64,000 nucleotides of DNA, from NCBI GenBank assembly GCA_947089425.1, contig CAMUKG010000009.1, forward strand, positions 775 through 64,774. Direction: 5' to 3'. The notes under the pieces are model-generated. The model had not been told where the DNA came from and did not search any database. It saw nothing but the letters and a program-made list of their open reading frames with translations. Origin of the DNA: an uncultured Clostridia bacterium. GTDB taxonomy: Bacteria > Bacillota > Clostridia > Christensenellales > Pumilibacteraceae. Shown one piece after another: positions 39,901 through 47,335 of this stretch; position 1 is the first letter of the stretch, and each line of letters begins with the position of its first letter. The translations under genes were made by a program, and so were the position numbers.

Positions 39901-40525
39901 CGGCGATTTTGTAATAAAGAGCAGCGTGGAACAGCAAGCTTTGGAAATAGTGAATACCACTCTCGGCAATACGGCTCTTTCGCAAGGTCAGTATGAAACG
40001 GTAGGACGCGAAATAAGAATAAAGCAGAGTTATATCGAATTATTGCCGTCGGCGGGTGAATACAAGTTTGTTATTTACGGTTCCGCGTTTACGTTTACGG
40101 CAAAAGTAATCGTGGAAAGCATACCGCAAACCGAACTTGTCGCCGTTACGGTTGACGAGGGAATAAACGCAACGATATGGCTCGGTAACAGTAACGTTCA
40201 ATACGTGAAAGTGAACGGCGCGGAGCTCGACGCCGGTTTATACAAAATATACGGTTATGTGCTTACGGTTATGCCCGACGCCTTTGAAATAGGAGAAAAC
40301 ACCGTGTCTGTCAACGATACGCAAGTTACGACGGTTACGGTTCGAGAAGTGCCTAAAAATGCGGTTTTAAGCGGCGGCGAGAGCAAAAAGTCGAACGTCG
40401 GTTTGATTGTGGGGCTTAGCGTGGGAATTCCCGTTCCGATTATAGCGACGGCTGTCGTTGCGGTGGTATTGATTTGGCGCAAAAAGAAATCGGCAAACAA
40501 AAACGACTCGGAGAAAAAGGAGTAA
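36911..40525 (+). CDS. Secreted, C-terminally membrane-anchored multidomain GH32 exo-beta-fructosidase/levanase-like enzyme
   Basis: Signal peptide; WNNDPNG, WSGSA, WRDP, ECPD; CBM66-like modules on both sides of the catalytic domain; Ig-like and X2-like segments; terminal TM plus RKKK. Confidence 0.85.
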   Translation: MSANKQVGKLSLWCITVVLFACAIAATVTCAPKQKAYAAQISVEGAGDAFVYSEESYEADESFAYVSTACFERGNAAGLVFGGKENDSCFVFNVDRANNLVKLMYFYNMAEDKKVAVLKEEYYVGSKIMNDGEKSYVQSRTANLDKVYLKVTVNGDGTAEFYADGIRRFAFVDGSKPAAEINLNSFKLEDETPIRYDGGLLGYNCFNAKVSFTDTLIGKMDYGYYGELYRNQYHFSQFAHWNNDPNGLVYYNGYYHLYFQHNPYGNTWDAMHWGHARSTDLVHWELLPIALVPDRDLSVDVGAMWSGSARVYHKGDSGVIDGYNWFDATDKQKGDALGLIAYYTRFDNGGNRHQILAYSTDGGLSWNKRDNIKSTVSLDLQGNPVNGGSWRDPKIFDISALNGVGDYKWGMALTDMEDNTLFFLKSKNLVSWEHAGSYFVYRPECPDVFTLSTDDETEHTVITFTSRYYVVCDLAYENGKIVMKEPKADNPATIERLDRNSEYLQIMDYGVDSYAGQTFYIDANSDSEYKGESVGLSWFSGVPNDDKSIESGVLQTARKIWNGGGMTVPVVYGLRKSGEKYVLTSTPITVDNESDFAKTRLNGIDDINGHCFEISATVQNDGAEPVYFRINGSADGTRYTEIGWNSQDGYYVDRTYTEDAGINFPLPNYACKYVSNMGKSNKTLEFYILSDNGGVEVYCDGFTVPFYILTFASPYSVKATFTADSSANAELTVNEIASVWRGESEETLINISDMQIDLGAELGQSQIVTAYAQGKEIEWEVVEGTDIIEVKPTSTGAEIIGKKAGSARVKVSAGLSSRTIDVTVHSGKAESDFTFTTDGIVSGRWYYSGNSLIGEQSGGDGFILANESGGDFTYTAQFDLGSGAAAALVFRATAENGKLTSYLIANYDNNSKIVKLWSQNGELANVPAGNPNIENLVLTAETKGKNVKVYLNGNKLIDCVVRDTDPVSGKFGLNVCATRAAFSLITVQKSEYGYSGSGDFVIKSSVEQQALEIVNTTLGNTALSQGQYETVGREIRIKQSYIELLPSAGEYKFVIYGSAFTFTAKVIVESIPQTELVAVTVDEGINATIWLGNSNVQYVKVNGAELDAGLYKIYGYVLTVMPDAFEIGENTVSVNDTQVTTVTVREVPKNAVLSGGESKKSNVGLIVGLSVGIPVPIIATAVVAVVLIWRKKKSANKNDSEKKE

Positions 40526-40530
40526 GAAAT

Positions 40531-41499
40531 ATGGCGGCAACAATATCGGACGTTGCAAAATGCGCGGGCGTTGGCATAGGCACCGTGTCGCGCGTGTTGA
40601 ACGGCGGGAAATCGGTAAAAGCGGACAAACGTCAGGCAATCATGCGAGCCATAGAGGAGCTAAACTACACTCCCAACAGTATGGCTAAACGGTTACGCAA
40701 ACAAAAAAACGGTGTAATTGCGCTTATGGTGCCTATTGTAAATCATCCGTTTTTCGCACAATTTACCGATTGTATCGAGCAGGAGGCGGATAAATTCGGT
40801 TATTCGATTTTATTGGTTGCGTCTCAACAACATGCGGAAAAAGAGAATGAAATATTGGATAGAATAGAACGCCGAGAAGTGGATGGCGCAATATTCGTTA
40901 CGCATCATAATCATACGCCCGAGCGTCTTAAAAGTTATCCGCTTGTTTCGGTAGACAGACATCTGGCGGAGGGCGTGGCTTACGTTACGAGCAACAATTA
41001 CGAATCCACAAAAAACGCCGTTGAGTATCTTATAGAGCGAGGTTGTAAAAACATAGGGTATGTAGGCACGAAGCCTCTTGTCGATTCCGAAGTATTATTG
41101 CGCGAAAAAGCGTATCGCGACGTTATGAACGCGCATAATCTTCCGCTCTCGGCGCTCAATGAAGTTGCGGTGCACGGTGATGAAATAACGCTTGTTAACG
41201 AGTTCTTCAAGAAGTTTCCAGACTTAGACGGTGTGTTCGCTTCGGGATACAGCGCCGCTCAATGCGTATGTGAAGTCGCTTTACAAAGCGGAAGAAAAAT
41301 ACCCGACGACCTTCAAATGGTGGCTTACGACGGCAATTTCAAGCAGTGGGGCGGTCGGAACATTACTTGCGTGCAGCAACCAATTGAGAAAATGGCTCAA
41401 TCGGCAGTCAGGCTGTTGATAGACAGAATAAACGGTAAAACCGTGCCTATCCGTACGGTTCACGAAACTAAGTTAATATTAGGTGACACAACCAAGTAA
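40531..41499 (+). CDS. LacI-family transcriptional repressor
   Basis: TISDVAKCAGVGIGTVSRVLN HTH, YTPNSMAKRL hinge, periplasmic-binding-protein fold. Confidence 0.92.
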   Translation: MAATISDVAKCAGVGIGTVSRVLNGGKSVKADKRQAIMRAIEELNYTPNSMAKRLRKQKNGVIALMVPIVNHPFFAQFTDCIEQEADKFGYSILLVASQQHAEKENEILDRIERREVDGAIFVTHHNHTPERLKSYPLVSVDRHLAEGVAYVTSNNYESTKNAVEYLIERGCKNIGYVGTKPLVDSEVLLREKAYRDVMNAHNLPLSALNEVAVHGDEITLVNEFFKKFPDLDGVFASGYSAAQCVCEVALQSGRKIPDDLQMVAYDGNFKQWGGRNITCVQQPIEKMAQSAVRLLIDRINGKTVPIRTVHETKLILGDTTK

Positions 41500-41524
41500 T
41501 AAATAAAAATATAGGAGGCAAAAA

Positions 41525-42862
41525 ATGAAAGGTAAAAGGTTTTTAGTGAAAGCGGCGGTTCTTATGCTGGCTGTGTGCTGCATTGTGAGTTTTGCGGCTT
41601 GCGGCGGCGGAGGTAAGGGCGAAGAAGTTGAAAGCAGAACGGATAAATACGGTAACACTCTTGTTACCATTATGGTGCACAAAGATTCTTCTACCAAAGA
41701 AGGCAAAGCATACCAAAAGTGCGTTGACGACTTTAACGCCGCATATAAAAGTAAAAACATTAAAGCGCAAATTACGTTTGTGGCGCAAACGTCGGGTGTT
41801 GACCAGTATGAGGCTACCATAAGCAATTTATACAGGCAAGGCGGCGGTAAGCTGTACGACATTATCTCGTTTGACGCGCCCAAATGCGCGGGCTACGCGA
41901 AGAGCGGAATTTTGTACGATATGACGAGCGCTCTCGGCGACTATACCGACAACTTTATTTCCGAATCGGTGAACCGTTATGACGGAAAAGTTTACGGATT
42001 GCCCATTCAGGAATCGAGCGCAGGCTTTTATTATAACAAAGTCGTGCTAAACGCCGCCGGCATTACCGATGGAGAAATTGCTGGTTACCAAACAAACGGT
42101 TGGACTTTCGAGCAATTTAAAGCGGTGTGCGAAAAGCTGAAAGCAGCGGGAAAGACGGCGGTGGATATGCAACTTGCCGCCGGCGGCGAAACTTGCACCT
42201 ATTTGCTGTATCCGCTCGGAAATGCGGCGGGCGGCGAGTATGTTTCGGCTGACGGAAAAACCGCAGACGGGTATTTGAACAGCGCGCAAACAAAGGAAGG
42301 ATTTCAATTCATAAAAGACTGCATAGACAACGGCTACACAAATTACCAAATAGACGGGAAGGCGTTCTTAACGGGTGACAGCGTGGGCATGTATTTATCT
42401 TCGGGTTGGACTATTCCCGACATAAAAGAGCAGTATAAAGATAACTTTACGGGCGGTTGGGGAATTTTGCCCTATCCTCATAAGTCGGGTAGCGATGCCG
42501 TTTCTGCTACGGGAAGTTGGAGCTTCGGCATTACCAACAACGGTATACGCAATAAGGATGCGGCGGTAGAACTTATTAAGTGGATGACGAGCGACGAGAG
42601 CGCAACCACCATAACGAACGCTACGGGCATGATAGCGGCGAAATCTACTATAAACAAAAATTACGAAGCTACTTCGCCCGAAGGAGTGTTGTATAATCAG
42701 CTTGTAAATTCGGGCAAAGCTCGTCCGTCGATGGGTGCGTATGCCGATTTTTCAACCGAGTTCAATCTTATCATAACGGGATTACGCACCGACAGCGTAG
42801 AAAAAGTGCTTAACGAACACACCACGTCTTTGCAAACAAAAATAAACCGTAACGACAGGTAA
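41525..42862 (+). CDS. Sugar ABC transporter solute-binding lipoprotein
   Basis: Lipobox FAAC; DGKVYGLP, FYYNK, TGSWSFGI; adjacent permeases. Confidence 0.88.
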   Translation: MKGKRFLVKAAVLMLAVCCIVSFAACGGGGKGEEVESRTDKYGNTLVTIMVHKDSSTKEGKAYQKCVDDFNAAYKSKNIKAQITFVAQTSGVDQYEATISNLYRQGGGKLYDIISFDAPKCAGYAKSGILYDMTSALGDYTDNFISESVNRYDGKVYGLPIQESSAGFYYNKVVLNAAGITDGEIAGYQTNGWTFEQFKAVCEKLKAAGKTAVDMQLAAGGETCTYLLYPLGNAAGGEYVSADGKTADGYLNSAQTKEGFQFIKDCIDNGYTNYQIDGKAFLTGDSVGMYLSSGWTIPDIKEQYKDNFTGGWGILPYPHKSGSDAVSATGSWSFGITNNGIRNKDAAVELIKWMTSDESATTITNATGMIAAKSTINKNYEATSPEGVLYNQLVNSGKARPSMGAYADFSTEFNLIITGLRTDSVEKVLNEHTTSLQTKINRNDR

Positions 42863-42887
42863 TTACGGTTGTAACAAGGGGAGTAAA

Positions 42888-43859
42888 ATGCTAATAGGTG
42901 CTTTGTCGGTTTTTATCGCTATGGCAGCCGCGTTTGGAACGGTGGCTGCGGTAGACGTTGTAAAAGCCAAAAAATACAAAGAAAGATATAGAATAAGAGA
43001 GTGCGGAACGGCTTATCTTATGTTGTTGCCCGCTGTGGCTTTGGCGTTTATTTTCATAGTGTTGCCCATAGTTTATTCGCTCGGGTATGCGTTCACCGAT
43101 TTTCACATGTATTACCCCAACGATATAAAGTTTATAGGGCTTGACAATTTTAAAGAGTTGTTCAGAGAAATCGGCGTAAAGGGCGAATTGTATCACGCAA
43201 TCATAAACACCGCTATATTCGTAGTGTGCGTTGTGCCGTTGCAAATCGGACTTGCGCTCGTGCTCGCTCTGTTTACCAACCGCAAGAAAAAAGGCGTGAA
43301 GATTTTCAAAGTCTGTTTTTTCACGCCGGTAGTAATCTCTCTTACGGTTACGTCGTTTTTGTGGGTGCAAATTCTCGCGCCCAACGCATCGGGGCTTTTG
43401 AATTCTTTTTTAAGCGTTTTCGGTGCGGAGCCTATCGACTTTTTGGCTCAGGAAAAAACGGCGATGCTGTGGATTGTGCTGATGAGCGCCTGGCAGGGTT
43501 GCGGGTATCAAATGCTTATATTCAGTTCGGGGCTTACGAATATACGCGACGATTTATATGAAGCGGCGTCGTTGGACGGAGCGGGTTCTTGGCAAAAGTT
43601 CTTACATATTACGCTTCCCGGTTTGCGCTCTACTTTGCTGTATATCACAATTACCGTATTTGTGGGAGCGTGCAGAGTTATGATACAGCCGATGTTGATG
43701 ACTGATTATAAATTGCATACGGTTACGCTCAGCTATTATATGTATCAACTCGGTTACGGTTCCAAACTCGTAGGACTGTCGTCGGCCGTCGCTCTCATGA
43801 TGACGGTGGTAATAGGCATTATAACTCTGCTTCAACGCAAGTTTTTGAAGGAGGATTGA
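42888..43859 (+). CDS. Carbohydrate ABC transporter permease 1
   Basis: FIGLDNF; DLYEAASLDGAGSWQKFLHITLP EAA motif. Confidence 0.92.
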   Translation: MLIGALSVFIAMAAAFGTVAAVDVVKAKKYKERYRIRECGTAYLMLLPAVALAFIFIVLPIVYSLGYAFTDFHMYYPNDIKFIGLDNFKELFREIGVKGELYHAIINTAIFVVCVVPLQIGLALVLALFTNRKKKGVKIFKVCFFTPVVISLTVTSFLWVQILAPNASGLLNSFLSVFGAEPIDFLAQEKTAMLWIVLMSAWQGCGYQMLIFSSGLTNIRDDLYEAASLDGAGSWQKFLHITLPGLRSTLLYITITVFVGACRVMIQPMLMTDYKLHTVTLSYYMYQLGYGSKLVGLSSAVALMMTVVIGIITLLQRKFLKED

Positions 43860-43860
43860 T

Positions 43861-44772
43861 ATGACGAATACCTCTTACGCAATAGGTGCGGTAACGAAGA
43901 CTGTAAATAAGCCAGCAAACGGAAAAAAGAAAGCGTTAACCGTTATATGGTATGTATGCGGCGCGTTGTTTTCGTTGCTGTTTATTTTGCCCGTTATTTA
44001 TATGCTTGCCGTATCGACAAAAAGTCAGCTTGCCGCCGACAGAGCAAGGGGCATAGCAATGTTCTTTCCCGACTTTATGAATTTGAACACCTTTTTCAGC
44101 AATTATTCTAAGGTGTTTACCGCTTACGGAATTTGGCGCAACGCGCTTAACAGTTTCATGTATGCCGCTGTGGCAATCGTTTGCAATATCTTGGTGAACG
44201 GACTTGCGGGCTATGCTATATCGAAATTGAATTTTCCGGGCAAAAAGTTCTTCACGTTTATTATTTTATTCCTAATTATAGTGCCTGTTGAAACGTCTAT
44301 TATTCCTATGTATATGGTGGTTACCGAGCTTCTCGGGCTGCAAGACCGCGCCACAGTGCTCGGAGTTATACTTCCGTCGTGCATAAGCATATTCAACATA
44401 TTCCTGTTTATACAGTTCTTTCAAGGCATACCCGGCGGATATGAAGAGGCGGCAAGGATAGACGGCGCAAGCAGACTCAAAATATTTTTCAGCATTATAT
44501 TGCCGCTGAGCAAACCCATTGTGGCAACGGTAGCCGTGTTTTGTTTTATCGGCGTGTGGAACGACTATCTTTGGCCTATGATGCTGCTTACGCCGTATCC
44601 CAATATGATGCCGATACAAGCTGTTTTGCAAACCATACAGAATATAGAGGGTGTTACTACGGGTGAAATTATGGCGTCGTTGGTTGTTACCAGTATACCC
44701 ATTTTTGTGATTTATGTAGTTGCGCAAAAGTATATAGTGCAAGGGTTCGGTTCGGCGGGACTGAAAATGTAA
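43861..44772 (+). CDS. Carbohydrate ABC transporter permease 2
   Basis: YEEAARIDGAS EAA motif, WNDYLWP. Confidence 0.92.
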   Translation: MTNTSYAIGAVTKTVNKPANGKKKALTVIWYVCGALFSLLFILPVIYMLAVSTKSQLAADRARGIAMFFPDFMNLNTFFSNYSKVFTAYGIWRNALNSFMYAAVAIVCNILVNGLAGYAISKLNFPGKKFFTFIILFLIIVPVETSIIPMYMVVTELLGLQDRATVLGVILPSCISIFNIFLFIQFFQGIPGGYEEAARIDGASRLKIFFSIILPLSKPIVATVAVFCFIGVWNDYLWPMMLLTPYPNMMPIQAVLQTIQNIEGVTTGEIMASLVVTSIPIFVIYVVAQKYIVQGFGSAGLKM

Positions 44773-44792
44773 AAATTGCTCATGGAGGAAAT

Positions 44793-47324
44793 ATGAAGAA
44801 CACAAAAAAAATAGGAGCGTTTGTTGCGGCGCTGGCGATTGCCGTAACCGGGTTCGGTTTTAGCGGTTGCACGAAAAATGAAGTTAAAACTACATTGCTT
44901 GCAAAATACACGTTTGAAAACGTGAGCGGCACTCAGGTAGTGAATGAAGCCGACGGTACGCGCGACAATATAAGCTACGTTTTCAATGCCGAAAACGCCG
45001 ACTATTTGGTGAAAGAACCTTCCGAACCGCTTGTTAAGCGGGGGGGGGTGAAAGGTAGCTGTTTATATATGGACGGGTTTTCTACGTATGTGGAAAACGG
45101 TAAGTTTTCAACGCCCGAAACCGCCGTTACGCTTTCGGCGTGGGTAGCGCCTCGCGTATTCGAGAATTTGCCTTATTACGGCGACCAGTCGGAAGCGAAA
45201 GGACAGCCGCGTTTAACGTCGGTAATCAACAAGGGCAATATAGAAATCGGGCAAGGTTTTTTGCTGGGGTACGGAAAACTCGGTATGTGGGGATTGCAAC
45301 TTGCGCTTCACAATTCCGATAACGATACGAATTCCGTTATCGCTTTTTACGACCCCGTAAACGCTTTACCGCTTTACGAGTGGTCGCATATTGCCGCTAC
45401 GTATAATGGCGATACGGGCTATGTAGCTCTGTTTTTCAACGGCGAGAAAGCATACGAGGACATCATTCCCGAGCTCGTAAATACCGAGATAATAGAGAGC
45501 AACGAGCCATTGTATGTAGGCGCGTACTGTGCTCCCGTTACCGAGTTTTCGATAAAAAGACAAATGCCGTCGGGGCTCATCGACGAAGTGGCGATTTACG
45601 GCGAAAGCTTAACGCCCAAACGGGTGCGCGAATTATTTGAGGACTGTGCGCCGAACGGAGTAATACCCAAGTTGGATTACGAGCAAATTGCCTTAGATTC
45701 TTCGGTGTATGAGGGCGACAGATATCGTCCGCAATATCACGCAATACCGCCTGCGGTTTGGATGAACGAGCCTCATTCGCCGTTTTATTACAAAGGCAGA
45801 TACCATGTGTTTTATCAGTGTAATCCTTCGGGACCGTACTGGTCTCAAATACGTTGGGGGCATATCGTAAGCGACGATATGATACATTGGAAATACGTCA
45901 AAGACGCCGTAGTGCCCACTGCGGGAATTTGCCCCGAAGGCGTATGGACGGGCGGCGCTTGCATAGGTCCGGACGGAACGCCGTGGCTTGCGATTACCGC
46001 AGGCACAAACTTATACGGCAATCCGAATCACGGAGGGCAAAACGTGGCGTTTGCCCACGCGGCAGACCCCGACGACCCCGACCTTACCGAATGGATTGTG
46101 GAAGATACTCTCACGATTACGCAGCCCAACGACAACAGTATGGGCGAGCGAGAGCAATTCCGCGACCCGTTTGTTTGGTACGATGACGAAACGAGCCGGT
46201 ATTTTATGCTTGTAAGCACATCCGTACCGGGTGCCGGCGGTTCCGCAAACGTGTATACTTCGCAAAATATGCACGAGTGGGAACATCACGGCTATATTTA
46301 CGAATGTCCTTATCCCGATTACGACATAGCGGGCGAGCACTGGGAGTGCGTCGTGCTTTTGCCTATATCCACAAAAGACGGCAAAACCCAAAAGTATATA
46401 CTCTTTGATTGCCCGCAGTACGCCCGCGGTGAAAATCCGCCGCAAGTGGAATGCTATTATTGGATAGGAACGTTTGATAAGAATGCGTGCAGATTTATTC
46501 CCGACAGTCACGAACCTAAACTTTTCGACGTGGGCACGGCTACGTTTACGGGTCAAAACGGATATTGTTTTTTAACCGACGAACAAAAAGCTGCCGGACT
46601 TACTTATGAGCAAGGACGCACCGTGCTGTATTCGATTGCGCAGGGCAAAGACGCAGGCACGGGGCTTAATTACTATGCGGGTTGGGCGCACAACTTTTCG
46701 TTCCCGCTCGAACTATGGCTTTCGGATGACGGAAACGAAGTGATACGCGAGCCAATAAAAGAGATAGAAAGTTTGTACGGCAAAGTGGAATACGAGTATA
46801 GCGGCGACGGCATGAGTGCCGCGCAGATAAATTCCGCAATAGGCGAAATTCGCGGCGACACCATAAAAATCGACGCAAAGATAACTCTTGCGCCCGCAGC
46901 CGAAAACTATGCGGCAAAAATAGGAGTAAGATATAATCCGAATACTTCGGCGGAAGGCACCGAACGCACTTTTATAGTATTTTCAAACGGAAAAGTGGAA
47001 GTGGACAGATTGCAATCCACGTTGCGACCGGGAGTGAATACGCAGTCGCTTCACAGCTGGGCTTTCGGCGACGCGCGCGAATTTGACGTTACCGTTCTTT
47101 TGGACCGCTCTATGCTCGAAGTTTATATAAACGGAGTAATGAGCGCTACAATGCGCATATATCCGCATTACGGAGATTCCGACTATATACGGGTATTTGA
47201 CGAAAATGCGGGACTGCTTATAAAAGAATTCAAAATTACGCAAATGAAGAGCGCTTATACTGCCGACGGAAGCATTACGCCGCCGTATTACGGCAATACG
47301 GGTAATTTGGCGGATAAAGCATGA
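44793..47324 (+). CDS. Lipoprotein GH32 with N-terminal LamG domain and WMNE motif (endo-inulinase / CFTase-like)
   Basis: Lipobox FSGC; LamG (TLSAWVAPR..WSHIAATY..FFNGE..GLIDEV); HAIPPAVWMNEPHSP at 45759, FRDP, WECVV, AGWAHNFSFP. Confidence 0.8.
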   Translation: MKNTKKIGAFVAALAIAVTGFGFSGCTKNEVKTTLLAKYTFENVSGTQVVNEADGTRDNISYVFNAENADYLVKEPSEPLVKRGGVKGSCLYMDGFSTYVENGKFSTPETAVTLSAWVAPRVFENLPYYGDQSEAKGQPRLTSVINKGNIEIGQGFLLGYGKLGMWGLQLALHNSDNDTNSVIAFYDPVNALPLYEWSHIAATYNGDTGYVALFFNGEKAYEDIIPELVNTEIIESNEPLYVGAYCAPVTEFSIKRQMPSGLIDEVAIYGESLTPKRVRELFEDCAPNGVIPKLDYEQIALDSSVYEGDRYRPQYHAIPPAVWMNEPHSPFYYKGRYHVFYQCNPSGPYWSQIRWGHIVSDDMIHWKYVKDAVVPTAGICPEGVWTGGACIGPDGTPWLAITAGTNLYGNPNHGGQNVAFAHAADPDDPDLTEWIVEDTLTITQPNDNSMGEREQFRDPFVWYDDETSRYFMLVSTSVPGAGGSANVYTSQNMHEWEHHGYIYECPYPDYDIAGEHWECVVLLPISTKDGKTQKYILFDCPQYARGENPPQVECYYWIGTFDKNACRFIPDSHEPKLFDVGTATFTGQNGYCFLTDEQKAAGLTYEQGRTVLYSIAQGKDAGTGLNYYAGWAHNFSFPLELWLSDDGNEVIREPIKEIESLYGKVEYEYSGDGMSAAQINSAIGEIRGDTIKIDAKITLAPAAENYAAKIGVRYNPNTSAEGTERTFIVFSNGKVEVDRLQSTLRPGVNTQSLHSWAFGDAREFDVTVLLDRSMLEVYINGVMSATMRIYPHYGDSDYIRVFDENAGLLIKEFKITQMKSAYTADGSITPPYYGNTGNLADKA

Positions 47325-47335
47325 GGAGGGAAGTT

